64,000 nucleotides of DNA, from contig OZ255836.1 in NCBI GenBank assembly GCA_965277715.1, positions 1,056,001 to 1,120,000 on the forward strand, written 5' to 3'. The notes under the pieces were generated by a model. It searched no databases, was not told the DNA's origin, and saw only the letters and a list, made by a program, of their open reading frames with translations. This document shows positions 38,719 through 48,952 of this stretch, one piece after another (the first letter of the stretch is position 1; each line of letters begins with the position of its first letter). A program made the translations under genes and the position numbers. The stretch comes from Gammaproteobacteria bacterium. Lineage in GTDB: Bacteria; Pseudomonadota; Gammaproteobacteria; JBCCGL01.

Positions 38719-39654
38719 TTACTTCAGCGTATGCACTTTACCCTGTTCGCTGTCGCCCACATAAACGCTATAACGTCCACCCAGTGATTCATCGATATAG
38801 CGGTGCAACATAATATCCGTCTCTTTATTTGGCAACCGTGACCAGGGAATATCGCTGAAGGCATACCACTGAACATGTGCAACACTATTGCCGCTGCTTT
38901 CCGTTGTGCCCCGGTAGTACACGAGCACACCTTCTGACTCACTCTGTATACCGTTCTCAAACACCGAGAAGACAAAACCGATTTCAGCGGAGATACCATA
39001 AGAGGCCAATATGCCCAACAAACTATCCGGCTGCTCAGCCCCACCGATATGGCTGCCCCAGGGCAATTGCAACTGACCACTCTGGTGATCTTCAACCAAC
39101 AGGATTTTGCCCTCGTGTTCGAGAATGGCACCGACATGCCCTCTGCGCAAACTGGCATCGCTGGCGCGGTGCTCCAATAGTGCAGAGACATAATTGCCTT
39201 TCCAATACCCCAGCGGGTTCGCCGCTGAATGATCAAACGCCAATACGCGGCCAATAACAATGATGTGATCCCCCGCCTCTACCGTATTGTGGAGTACACA
39301 GTCAAACCAGGCGGCCGCCCCATCGAGAATCGGGCTACCGGATTCGACCGTCTTCCAACTCACCCCGGCAAAGCGATCCGTGGCGTGTGGTGAGGCAAAC
39401 GTACCCGAGATAGACTGCTGGTCTTCAGCGAGGATGTTGATGGCAAATTTCCCCGCATTAAGGTAAATGCTACGGTTACTGGAATTGGCCGCCAAACAAA
39501 ACAGCACCAATGGTTCATCCAGTGACACTGAGGTAAACGAATTGGCGGTAAAACCTGTTGGCAGCCCCTCACTATCCATCGTCGTCACTACCGTGACACC
39601 GGTCATAAACGCACCGAGCGCACGGCGCAATTCGCGAGGGTCGATTGTTTGCAT
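38719..39654 (-). CDS. Flavin reductase family protein with an extra C-terminal domain
   Basis: LRRALGAFMTGVTVVT, GFTANSFTSVSLD, AGDH. Confidence 0.88.
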   Translation of the reverse strand: MQTIDPRELRRALGAFMTGVTVVTTMDSEGLPTGFTANSFTSVSLDEPLVLFCLAANSSNRSIYLNAGKFAINILAEDQQSISGTFASPHATDRFAGVSWKTVESGSPILDGAAAWFDCVLHNTVEAGDHIIVIGRVLAFDHSAANPLGYWKGNYVSALLEHRASDASLRRGHVGAILEHEGKILLVEDHQSGQLQLPWGSHIGGAEQPDSLLGILASYGISAEIGFVFSVFENGIQSESEGVLVYYRGTTESSGNSVAHVQWYAFSDIPWSRLPNKETDIMLHRYIDESLGGRYSVYVGDSEQGKVHTLK

Positions 39655-39790
39655 AGCAAAGCAGCCTTTTTAACCAGTTAAGACAGTACGGAAATCAGAA
39701 TAAAGCACTAATACCCTGAAAAACCAACATGTGACGCATATGCGTACATTTTCCAGATTCAAACCAGAAATTTTAAATACCGCTAAAACC

Positions 39791-39815
39791 AAAAAAGCCC
39801 GCAATCGCGGGCTTT
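39791..39815 (-). terminator. Rho-independent terminator after the tRNA
   Basis: AAAAAAGCCCGC-aatc-GCGGGCTTT. Confidence 0.8.
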
Positions 39816-39822
39816 CGATTTT

Positions 39823-39899
39823 TGGCGCGCCCGGAAGGATTCGAACCTCCGACCACCTGGTTCGTAGCCAGGTACTCTATCCAGCTGAGCTACGGGCGC
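39823..39899 (-). tRNA. tRNA-Arg(ACG)
   Basis: 77-nt cloverleaf GCGCCCGTAGCTCAGCTGGATAGAG...CTACGAA...GGTTCGAATCC...CCA. Confidence 0.97.
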
Positions 39900-40071
39900 A
39901 TGTCTATAAAGCGCGGCATTCTGGCAGTGTGTGCGAACACTGTCAAGTACTCCTAATGCTTGAGCAACCGATATGAAGTCCGGCGACGAAATGACCGTAC
40001 CGCCTCGCTGAAAAGTGGTAGCACCCGTTACATGTACGCTCTGTGGTGTTTTCACTGCCTGGGAGCCGACG

Positions 40072-40890
40072 TTACTTCTTCGCAGTTAAAAATGTTTTTT
40101 CCAGTGCCACAATAGCGTCCATATCTTCATGTGTGAACCCAGCGGCAAGCCGTGCCTCCCGGTTAAAAGGCCCGGATAAATACCCTCTGGTATATTCTTT
40201 CAAAAGTTGTTCAAAAACGACCCGTGAATCTAAACTGCGTTGGTTGCACAGATAGTTAAACCATCGGTTGCCAATGGCGACATGGCCAATTTCATCACGA
40301 TAAATAATTTCCAGAATATCCACTGCACGCTGATCGTTAAGGTTTTTCAGTTTTTGAATAATCTTTGGCGTAACATCCAGGCCCCTCGCCTCTAACACTC
40401 TCGGTACTAAGGCCATACGTACCATCACATCGTGGTCTGTGGCAACGGCCATATCCCATAAATTATTGTGCGCGACAAAATCGCCATAGTCGACATTGTG
40501 TGCATTGAGGTATTCGCGCAATAACGCAAAGTGCCGCGCCTCTTCGACGGCTACTTTTATCCAATCAAAATAATATTCATCCGGCATACCACTAAACCGA
40601 TAAACGGCATCCAGTGCCAGGTTAATTGCATTAAACTCGATATGTGCAAAGGCGTGAAATTGTATCAACCGCCCTGCCTGTGAACCGATTTTCCGCCTTG
40701 GAACCTGGGCGGGTGACACCAGTTCAGGTTTATCTGGTCTGCCTGGTATAGGAAGGCGTACAGCTATTTCACCCGGTGTCAATGCCAACCCCGATTGGTT
40801 CAGTCGATTCGACAATGCGTTAACTTCCGCCACTTTTTCCGCCGGGTCGCAGCGCATTAATGCATGGTAGGCATGCCGATGAATATTCAT
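40072..40890 (-). CDS. Ferritin-like DUF455 protein
   Basis: HAFAHIEFNAINLALDA, EEARHF, LEARGLD, DEIGHV. Confidence 0.9.
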   Translation of the reverse strand: MNIHRHAYHALMRCDPAEKVAEVNALSNRLNQSGLALTPGEIAVRLPIPGRPDKPELVSPAQVPRRKIGSQAGRLIQFHAFAHIEFNAINLALDAVYRFSGMPDEYYFDWIKVAVEEARHFALLREYLNAHNVDYGDFVAHNNLWDMAVATDHDVMVRMALVPRVLEARGLDVTPKIIQKLKNLNDQRAVDILEIIYRDEIGHVAIGNRWFNYLCNQRSLDSRVVFEQLLKEYTRGYLSGPFNREARLAAGFTHEDMDAIVALEKTFLTAKK

Positions 40891-40911
40891 TTCACCCTCA
40901 CCCTTCGCCCT

Positions 40912-41667
40912 TCAGGCACACGGTGGGTCTGGCCTGTTTAACCCGGACCGGAACACCGACCGGAACAGTTCACGGCTCTTCAATGGCCGACCATCGAGTT
41001 GTTGATTGATAAGTACACGTAATAAACGCCGGGATTCTACTCGTGTATCCGATGAGGAAAAATCCCAGTTTGCCAATGCCAATAATGTGCGACCGGATAT
41101 ATTAATACCCGGCGCCTGATTGAGGTCGGCGTAAACAGGGCCTCGATCCACAACATAGCAATACGCGGTGTCCTCATCGATTACATCGCCACTATTGACT
41201 TCATTGTGCAATGCAAGTTGATAGCCAAGGGATTCAAGTAGTGCCAGTTCGTAATAGCGCAGCGCAGGTTCAACCCCCGATTGATCACCATACAGGTGGT
41301 TTATGGTCTGGTTATACAGCACAAAAATATCTTCATGCGGGTCATCTTGTGGGAGTAGTTTCAATGTCAGCTCATTGACGTAATAACCACAAAATAATGC
41401 TTCCCCTGTCAGTCTTATATTCGACGGGTCAAAATTTGCCTCTTCCACATCGGTTAAGCTGAATAATTCACCCCTACCCGTCCACGACAAAAGTAACTGT
41501 CTAAAAGGTTGCAGTTGTGATGCCGTATTTTTTTTACTGTTGCGGACACCCCGCGCCACAATACCCACCCGACCGTGATTGAGCGTTATCACATCGAGAA
41601 TTAAACTGGTGTTGCGGTACTGGCGTTGATGGAGAATAAATGCAGCTTGTTGTTCAACCCGACCCAT
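40912..41667 (-). CDS. recO: DNA repair protein RecO
   Basis: AFILHQRQYRNTSL, LQPF, PLKSRELF; follows era. Confidence 0.95.
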   Translation of the reverse strand: MGRVEQQAAFILHQRQYRNTSLILDVITLNHGRVGIVARGVRNSKKNTASQLQPFRQLLLSWTGRGELFSLTDVEEANFDPSNIRLTGEALFCGYYVNELTLKLLPQDDPHEDIFVLYNQTINHLYGDQSGVEPALRYYELALLESLGYQLALHNEVNSGDVIDEDTAYCYVVDRGPVYADLNQAPGINISGRTLLALANWDFSSSDTRVESRRLLRVLINQQLDGRPLKSRELFRSVFRSGLNRPDPPCA

Positions 41668-41680
41668 GACCCAGGATTAT

Positions 41681-42571
41681 CTACTGGCGTTTATCGTAAC
41701 CCAGGCTACGCAGGGCACGCACATCATCGATCCAGTTTTCTTTTACCTTCACCCATAGTTCGAGGTGTACTTTGCATCCAAATAAGTGCTGCATGGCCTT
41801 GCGTGACAAAGTACCAACCTGCTTGAGTTGAGCACCCTTCTTGCCGATTACTATCCCTTTCTGTCCTTCGCGTTCCACCCAGATTATTGCGTTAATGCGG
41901 TACATTTTCTGTTCGATAGTAAACTGTTCAATCTCTACTGTGAGTGCGTAGGGAAGTTCAGCATTGAGTTTCCGGGTTAGCTGTTCGCGAACAATTTCTG
42001 CCGCCAGGAATCGCTCACTGGCATCGGTGAGTTGATCGGCTGAAAAAACAAACGCCCCTTCGGGCAGTTTAGTTGCCAGCAGTTGTTCAAGCTGTGGTAA
42101 TTGATCGCCGCTACGTGCAGAAATTAACACGACCTCTAATAAGTTTGAATGTGATGGCAGTTGTGCCAGGTACGGTAAAAGTCGATTTTTATCATTGAAC
42201 ATATCCACTTTATTAACGGCAATAATAAACGGACGCTGTGCGTTACACACAGAATCAAATGCCAATGCATCTTCGTTATTCCATTCGCCTGCCTGCACAA
42301 CCAATAGAATAACATCAACATCCTGGAGGGCTGCATTTGCCGAACGGTTGAGTACCCGATTGAGCGCATGGTTTTTTTGCAAATGAATACCGGGCGTATC
42401 GACATAGATTAACTGTCGGTCATCGTTGCTATTAATGCCCAAAATAACGTGGCGTGTGGTTTGTGGTTTGTGTGCGGTAATGCTGAGTTTTTGCCCGACC
42501 AAAGCATTCATTAGCGTCGATTTACCGACATTAGGCCGCCCTGCGATGGCTATATACCCACAATGCGTCAT
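41681..42571 (-). CDS. era: GTPase Era
   Basis: GRPNVGKST, PQTTR, DTPG, NKVD, KH domain. Confidence 0.97.
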   Translation of the reverse strand: MTHCGYIAIAGRPNVGKSTLMNALVGQKLSITAHKPQTTRHVILGINSNDDRQLIYVDTPGIHLQKNHALNRVLNRSANAALQDVDVILLVVQAGEWNNEDALAFDSVCNAQRPFIIAVNKVDMFNDKNRLLPYLAQLPSHSNLLEVVLISARSGDQLPQLEQLLATKLPEGAFVFSADQLTDASERFLAAEIVREQLTRKLNAELPYALTVEIEQFTIEQKMYRINAIIWVEREGQKGIVIGKKGAQLKQVGTLSRKAMQHLFGCKVHLELWVKVKENWIDDVRALRSLGYDKRQ

Positions 42572-43281
42572 GGCTTAACGCGCAGTTTTTCAAGCATTGA
42601 CTCCGCCGCTATTTGCTCGGCGCGACGCCGCCCTGAAGCACGGGCACTCACTGTCTTGTGCAATTGATCGATTTTGCATTCAACCAGAAATTGTTGTTCA
42701 TGCGCCTTGCCCGTTTTTTCTACCACATGGTATTCCGGCACAGGTAATTGACGACTCTGCAAATATTCCTGTAAACGGGTTTTAGGGTCTTTGAGTTGCT
42801 CAACATCGGGAAGGTTCGAGAATCGCCTGGCGTATAAGTGTTGCACGACATCACGGCACCGCTCAAAACCCGCATCGAGATAGATCGCCCCTAAAATAGC
42901 TTCAACTGCATCACCGAGAATCGAGTCGCGCTCGTAGCCACCGCTTTTTAATTCGCCACTACCCAGCTTCAAATGCGCCCCCAACCCTAATTCAGTGGCG
43001 ATTTCAGCCAAGGTCTCTTTGCGCACAAGTGTGGCACGCATACGGCTCAACTCGCCTTCATTAAATGTGGGCTTAAGGTGATAAAGCGCACTGGCAACCA
43101 TAAAATTGAGCACACCATCGCCCAGAAACTCCAGACGCTCATTATTATTTGCACCAACACTGCGGTGTGTTAATGCCTGTCTGATTAGCTGCTCATTGTG
43201 AAAGGTATAACCCAAACGGCGGGCAAGCGAGGCAAGATTCTTACTAATGATTGGAATCCACCATTTTATCGAATCGGGCAA
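42568..43281 (-). CDS. rnc: Ribonuclease III (start uncertain)
   Basis: ALTHRS, NNERLEFLGD, KDPKTRLQE. Confidence 0.96.
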   Translation of the reverse strand: MPDSIKWWIPIISKNLASLARRLGYTFHNEQLIRQALTHRSVGANNNERLEFLGDGVLNFMVASALYHLKPTFNEGELSRMRATLVRKETLAEIATELGLGAHLKLGSGELKSGGYERDSILGDAVEAILGAIYLDAGFERCRDVVQHLYARRFSNLPDVEQLKDPKTRLQEYLQSRQLPVPEYHVVEKTGKAHEQQFLVECKIDQLHKTVSARASGRRRAEQIAAESMLEKLRVKP

Positions 43282-43633
43282 CGATATCGAGGTTATATAT
43301 CAACGGCACACGGGTTTCGTAATTGACGCTAAGCATAATGCCATGCTTAGGGTCTCTTATTACTTTTACTGTATCCTGCACTTCAAAATTCCACAGGTTA
43401 TTGGCCTTGAATCGCTTGCCCAATATCATGCGTATTTCGCGTGGGTGCTTTTCCTGTACGCCCTCTTCTTCCTGTATATCTTCAACGATTTTTACAATGG
43501 TGAGGTAGTTGATATACACCGGTACAATTTTGTAGGCAAAAAACAGAAGCGACCCCACTAAAACGAGGATCAGGGTAAATGCAAACAGGGATACACCCCG
43601 TTGTCGGTTTTTTGAGGGGAGAGTATTTTTCAT
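43244..43633 (-). CDS. DUF4845 family membrane protein
   Basis: Pilin-like N-terminus RQRGVSL; conserved position between lepB and rnc. Confidence 0.85.
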   Translation of the reverse strand: MKNTLPSKNRQRGVSLFAFTLILVLVGSLLFFAYKIVPVYINYLTIVKIVEDIQEEEGVQEKHPREIRMILGKRFKANNLWNFEVQDTVKVIRDPKHGIMLSVNYETRVPLIYNLDIVARFDKMVDSNH

Positions 43634-43679
43634 AGTGCACCCATATTCATTTTGTATAACGGTTTATTAGCTGTAGCTG

Positions 43680-44507
43680 TTATTTTATAGAGCTACCAAG
43701 TCGGTCCCAGTAAAGGTCCAGGTTCATCCAGATGAGTATAGCTTTACCCACGAGGTTTTCTTCTGGTACATAACCCCACGAGCGACTGTCGTTACTGTTG
43801 TCCCGATTATCACCCATGACAAAATAATGCCCCTCCGGTACAGTGAGTTCGCCTCCTGCACCTGTACGATAAGAGTCAATAAGGATGCCATGCTCTACAC
43901 TATCAAATTTCTCTGTCAGTTTTAGCAGCGAATTGTCCGGGGTTTCGTGCCCCGGTGCCAGATAGGGCTGGGGTTCACTCAACGCGACAGGCACACCATT
44001 AATGATTAGTTTTTTGTTGAAGTAAGCAATTTTATCCCCTGGCAAACCAATGATCCGTTTGATGTAATCGAGGTCAGGGTTTTTAGGGTAACGGAACACA
44101 GCGACATCCCCCCGCTCAGGTTCTCCGGTATCGAGTATTTTTGTATTGATAACCGGCAAACGCACACCATAGGAAAACTTATTGACCAGTATAAAATCAC
44201 CCACCAGGAGTGTGGGTAACATAGAACCGGAGGGAATACGAAATGGTTCAAACAAAAACGAGCGCAGAACCAGTACCACCAACAATACGGGAAAAAATGA
44301 ACGTGCGTACTCAACTAAAATGGGTTCGCGGTAGAGTGCCGTTTTTGCTGTAGCAACCTTTTCACCCGCTGCGTCAGGTTGTTGATTATTACCGCCAGAG
44401 CTTGCCATAAGCAGGCGTTTACGGGCAAAGAAAAGGCTATCGAATAACCAAACCCCCCCTGAGAGGCCCGTAATAATAACCAGCAATAATGCAAAATCAA
44501 AATTCAT
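43680..44507 (-). CDS. lepB: Signal peptidase I
   Basis: EPFRIPSGSM, YIKRIIG, GDNRDNSNDSR. Confidence 0.96.
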   Translation of the reverse strand: MNFDFALLLVIITGLSGGVWLFDSLFFARKRLLMASSGGNNQQPDAAGEKVATAKTALYREPILVEYARSFFPVLLVVLVLRSFLFEPFRIPSGSMLPTLLVGDFILVNKFSYGVRLPVINTKILDTGEPERGDVAVFRYPKNPDLDYIKRIIGLPGDKIAYFNKKLIINGVPVALSEPQPYLAPGHETPDNSLLKLTEKFDSVEHGILIDSYRTGAGGELTVPEGHYFVMGDNRDNSNDSRSWGYVPEENLVGKAILIWMNLDLYWDRLGSSIK

Positions 44508-44577
44508 TGTTTACCCTACGCTATATTTTCCCGCATTCACTTATATTTTTATTTCGGTCTACACGTGATACTGGCAA

Positions 44578-46371
44578 TCAATTATCAACTTGTAATACCG
44601 CCAAAAAGGCCTCTTGTGGGATTTCCACCCGACCAATTTGTTTCATGCGTTTTTTGCCTGCTTTTTGTTTTTCGAGTAGTTTTCGCTTGCGTGAAACATC
44701 ACCGCCATAACATTTTGCGGTTACGTTTTTGCGCAATGCCTTAACAGACGAACGGGCAATGATGTGTGAACCAATAGCGGCCTGCACGGCCACTTCAAAC
44801 ATTTGCCTGGGAATGATGTCTTTCATACGCTCGGTCAGGTCTCTACCACGCATCTGGCTTTTATCTTTGTGAATAATAACAGAGAGCGCATCGACACGAT
44901 CACCGTTAATGAGTATATCAACTTTGACCAGGTTTGATACCTGAAAGCGCAGGAACCGGTAGTCGAAGGATGCGTATCCACGGCTACAGGATTTCAGTCG
45001 ATCAAAAAAATCCAACACCACTTCACTCATTGGCAGTTCATATGATAAGGCTACCTGGCGGCCTAAATACTGCATATTTTTTTGTACGCCGCGCTTTTCA
45101 ATGCAGAGCTTGATGACTTCCCCTACAAACTCTTGTGGTACGAGGATGTTGGCTTCAATAATGGGTTCGCGGATTTCAGCGAGTTTATTCACAACGGGCA
45201 ATTCTGCCGGGTTATGAATATGGGTGATGTCCCCGTTGGTTAACGCTAGTTGGTAGACGACTGTAGGCGCTGTGGTTATCAGGTCGAGGTCATATTCGCG
45301 CTCCAGGCGTTCCTGGACAATTTCCATATGCAGCATACCGAGAAAACCACAGCGAAAACCAAAACCAAGCGCTGTGGATGTCTCTGGTTCAAAGTGTAAC
45401 GCAGCATCGTTGAGCCGCAATTTTTGCAGTGCCTCACGAAAACTTTCATAGTCATCAGAACTCACCGGAAACAAGCCTGCGAATACGCGTGGCTGGATTT
45501 CGACAAAGCCTGGCAGTGCTTTATCGGCGGGTTGTGCTGCCAGTGTAATGGTATCGCCCACCCGCGCCGCATCAATTTCTTTAATACCGGCGATAATAAA
45601 ACCGACCTCGCCCACATTGAGTTGTTGCCTGGATTCACGCTTGGGAGTGAACACCCCTACGGTATCAACCTGGAATACCCGGCCAGTCGACATAAATTGA
45701 ATTTTATCGCGTTTCGATAAGCGGCCATTGACAATCCGCACTAGGGTAATGACCCCCACAAAACTATCGAACCAGGAATCGATAATCAACGCCTGTAGGG
45801 GGGCCTGCCTATCACCTCTTGGGGGGGGCACTCTATCGACCAACACCTCTAACAGGTCTTCGATTCCTACCCCTGTTTTTGCGCTGGTGTGTATTGCATC
45901 GCTGGCTTCAATGCCAATAATCTCTTCAATTTCCTCGACAACCCGCAGTGGATCGGCAGCGGGCAGGTCAATCTTATTCAGTACCGGGATAACCTCTAGG
46001 TTCTGTTCGATAGCGGTGTAACAATTGGCAACGCTTTGCGCTTCGACGCCTTGCGAAGCATCGACAACCAACAAGGCACCTTCACACGCTGCCAGTGATC
46101 GCGAGACTTCATAGGAAAAATCGACATGCCCTGGCGTATCGATAAAATTTAGCTGATAAGTAGTACCATTGCGTGCGGTGTAGTCGAGCGATACACTCTG
46201 CGCCTTGATAGTAATTCCGCGTTCGCGTTCGATATCCATCGAATCGAGAACCTGCGCGTTCATCTCGCGCTCAGACAAGCCACCACACACCTGGATAAAC
46301 CGATCAGCGATAGTCGATTTACCATGGTCGATATGCGCGATAATGGAAAAATTTCGGATAGTGTCCTGCAT
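44578..46371 (-). CDS. lepA: Elongation factor 4
   Basis: [16 protein letters not shown]...[14 protein letters not shown]. Confidence 0.98.
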   Translation of the reverse strand: MQDTIRNFSIIAHIDHGKSTIADRFIQVCGGLSEREMNAQVLDSMDIERERGITIKAQSVSLDYTARNGTTYQLNFIDTPGHVDFSYEVSRSLAACEGALLVVDASQGVEAQSVANCYTAIEQNLEVIPVLNKIDLPAADPLRVVEEIEEIIGIEASDAIHTSAKTGVGIEDLLEVLVDRVPPPRGDRQAPLQALIIDSWFDSFVGVITLVRIVNGRLSKRDKIQFMSTGRVFQVDTVGVFTPKRESRQQLNVGEVGFIIAGIKEIDAARVGDTITLAAQPADKALPGFVEIQPRVFAGLFPVSSDDYESFREALQKLRLNDAALHFEPETSTALGFGFRCGFLGMLHMEIVQERLEREYDLDLITTAPTVVYQLALTNGDITHIHNPAELPVVNKLAEIREPIIEANILVPQEFVGEVIKLCIEKRGVQKNMQYLGRQVALSYELPMSEVVLDFFDRLKSCSRGYASFDYRFLRFQVSNLVKVDILINGDRVDALSVIIHKDKSQMRGRDLTERMKDIIPRQMFEVAVQAAIGSHIIARSSVKALRKNVTAKCYGGDVSRKRKLLEKQKAGKKRMKQIGRVEIPQEAFLAVLQVDN

Positions 46372-46616
46372 TAAATCGGTTTACCCAGCGCCTTACACAG
46401 CGCTACTTTATCTAAAAAATAATGGCAGATTTCCTGTTCTCCCAAAGCCAATACTGGAACCAGGGTATTGTAACGCTTCCGCAAAACAGCATCCTGGTCT
46501 ATATCAACAGACACCACAGTAAATTCCAGTTCATCACTGAAAACCTGTAAAACCTCCAGCATATCCTCACACAGGTGACAACCCACCCGGTTGTAAAGTG
46601 TCAGTTGAACAGTCAA
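46371..46616 (-). CDS. Glutaredoxin-like (DUF836) protein
   Basis: [12 protein letters not shown]...VDID...Y...VPVL. Confidence 0.85.
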   Translation of the reverse strand: MTVQLTLYNRVGCHLCEDMLEVLQVFSDELEFTVVSVDIDQDAVLRKRYNTLVPVLALGEQEICHYFLDKVALCKALGKPI

Positions 46617-46816
46617 GGTGAATATCGTCGGTGAGAGGTGATAACTATCGGGTGCGCACATTACCCGTTTACCGCGCTGCACACAATGCATAGATGAGGT
46701 GGTCTTCTCAAAAAGTTAACGTTAAAAAGGGTTTAGGTATGAAAAACAGCCTATTACTTCTGGTTCTAGCGTTCTTTTCTTGCAGTGTTTTAGCGGCTTT
46801 ATTGAAAATTAGAGGC

Positions 46817-46844
46817 GACAACTAGTCTGACACAGGGGGGGTAG
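46817..46844 (-). mobile_element. Solo left end of the IS at 61.3 kb
   Basis: The reverse complement CTACCCCCCCTGTGTCAGACTAGTTGTC matches 61262-61289 at 27/28 positions. Confidence 0.8.
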
Positions 46845-47007
46845 GGATATAGGAGATAGAGCAACGCAGGAGCAGTTGCCGGGGAGCGGTAGCTTCGCTC
46901 TGTAAAGCGCAAAAAAACACCACAGCACCGCGAGCGAACCCCAAAAAACACTCTATGTCACCAATAGAGTCATCTGAAGCTGGCGAGGCACTAAACAACC
47001 CCTTAAA

Positions 47008-48441
47008 TTACCCCGGTATTTTGATAGCCAGAAAAATAGGCCCCTGCTCCCGCCGCACCAACACCGCCACCGTGCGCCCCGGTTCAATATCCTGAATAAT
47101 GTCTTTTGTATGACCCGGCCCTTCGAGCTGTTCATTATCTATAGAGATAATCACATCACCCAACAACACACCGGCCTGTTGCGCCGGGCCACTTTCGAGC
47201 TTACTGACAACAACACCGCCCTTTGGGATATCCAGGCTTTCCCGCTGCACCGACGTGAGACGGGTAATCGCTACACCCAACTTATCCAGATTGATGGTGC
47301 TGGTATCCCGGGTTTGATCACGCGTTGTGCCTGGCCCTACCGTAACTTGATCGGGCAATTTCCCTATCTCCACATGCAGTGTTTTGCGTTTACCGTCCCG
47401 AACCACTTCAACGCGGGCTTTTTTGTCAACCAGAGACCGGCCAACCAGCGGTGGCAAAGACGACGAGCGCTCCACAATCGAATCATTGAACGCGACAATC
47501 ACATCGCCAACCTGTAAATCGGAGTTCTGCGCAGGGCTATCGGGCAGGATTTGCGTAATCAGTGCGCCGTGTGCCCGATCCATATCAAAGGATTCCGCCA
47601 GGTTGCGGGTCACCTCCTGAATAATCACACCAAGCCAACCGCGTGTCACCCTGCCATCATCTTTCAACTGCGCAACCACATTCATTGCCAACTCAATCGG
47701 TATGGCAAACGACAACCCCATAAACCCACCCGTTCTACTGTAGATCTGTGAGTTAATACCGACCACCTCACCTTCTAAATTGAACAGTGGCCCACCAGAA
47801 TTACCTGGGTTGATCGCCACATCTGTCTGGATAAAAGGGGTGTAGTTTTCGCTGGGCAGTGAACGACCTTTCGCACTGACAATACCGGCGGTTACCGAAT
47901 GGTCAAAACCAAATGGCGAACCAATAGCCAGTACCCACTCCCCCACTTTAAGCTGCTCCGATTCGCCAATTGCCACAACAGGCAAACTGTCGGCATCAAT
48001 TTTTAACAGGGCAATATCGCTACGCTGATCGGTTCCGATCAACTCGGCAACCAGTTGTCGTCGATCGTAAAGGCGGACAATAATTTCATCGGCACCGTCA
48101 ATCACATGATTATTGGTCAGCACATAGCCATCCCTGGAAATAATAAAGCCTGAACCCAGAGAGGCAGCCTGATCCTGGTCAGGAGTGGGCGAGCCACCAC
48201 GCTCGTCAAAAAACTTGCGCAGTAGATCGTCAAAGGGCGTATTTCCCAAATCGGGAATTTCAAAACCGGGGGGGAGTGAGGAACCGGATTTCGCTGCGCG
48301 TGTAGTGCTGATATTGACCACTGCCCGGTGGTTATCCTCAACCAGGTCGATAAAATTGGGCAGTTCGCGAGCCTGTACAGCGGAAATACCCGCAAACAGC
48401 AGTATCCACGTAAAAAACACCCGTAAGGCAGTGACATTCAT
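47008..48441 (-). CDS. DegP/MucD serine protease
   Basis: LGSGFI, TNNHV, INPGNSGGPL, two PDZ domains. Confidence 0.95.
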   Translation of the reverse strand: MNVTALRVFFTWILLFAGISAVQARELPNFIDLVEDNHRAVVNISTTRAAKSGSSLPPGFEIPDLGNTPFDDLLRKFFDERGGSPTPDQDQAASLGSGFIISRDGYVLTNNHVIDGADEIIVRLYDRRQLVAELIGTDQRSDIALLKIDADSLPVVAIGESEQLKVGEWVLAIGSPFGFDHSVTAGIVSAKGRSLPSENYTPFIQTDVAINPGNSGGPLFNLEGEVVGINSQIYSRTGGFMGLSFAIPIELAMNVVAQLKDDGRVTRGWLGVIIQEVTRNLAESFDMDRAHGALITQILPDSPAQNSDLQVGDVIVAFNDSIVERSSSLPPLVGRSLVDKKARVEVVRDGKRKTLHVEIGKLPDQVTVGPGTTRDQTRDTSTINLDKLGVAITRLTSVQRESLDIPKGGVVVSKLESGPAQQAGVLLGDVIISIDNEQLEGPGHTKDIIQDIEPGRTVAVLVRREQGPIFLAIKIPG

Positions 48442-48480
48442 ACATTGATATCCAAATAGTGTGTGGTGAAAGTTTAGCGG

Positions 48481-48933
48481 TTATTGTTGAGAAGTATTAA
48501 CAGATGTAATAGCAAGCCCTAGTTTTGGTGGTTTTTGCACGCGATGCGCGCAATAAGAAACCGTCATAAACCCCACCAACAAACCGAGCACACCACCCAG
48601 TACAGAGGCAAATTCACCTACCGGCCACCCGGAAAACCCACTATCCAACAACACCGCGCCTAACAACATTGCCAGCAATGGCAGCATATAAACAAAAAGT
48701 GCAGATTTTAGTAAATGCGTTTCCGGGATAGTAATCAATACCCGTTCACCTATTGCTGCATTGACTGTATTTGGCACTTTGATTTTGCGCGGCTCACCCC
48801 CCATCAGTTTAGCGATAACAGAGGTGCCGCAAAACGATTTTGCCGAGCACGATTGGCAGGTATTATGGCGTTGTATCGACACCCACACTGAACCATCATC
48901 CAGTGAAACAACGACACCCTGCTCTCTAATCAT
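48481..48933 (-). CDS. rseC: RseC/MucC
   Basis: CQSCSAKSFCG, Y.LPL; operon position. Confidence 0.88.
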   Translation of the reverse strand: MIREQGVVVSLDDGSVWVSIQRHNTCQSCSAKSFCGTSVIAKLMGGEPRKIKVPNTVNAAIGERVLITIPETHLLKSALFVYMLPLLAMLLGAVLLDSGFSGWPVGEFASVLGGVLGLLVGFMTVSYCAHRVQKPPKLGLAITSVNTSQQ

Positions 48934-48952
48934 CGACAATGCAGCCCGATCA

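Noticed and set aside
39783-39899. tRNA-Arg as an integration site for the catabolic cluster
   Set aside because: No duplicated tRNA 3' end and no integrase found; the native terminator is intact.
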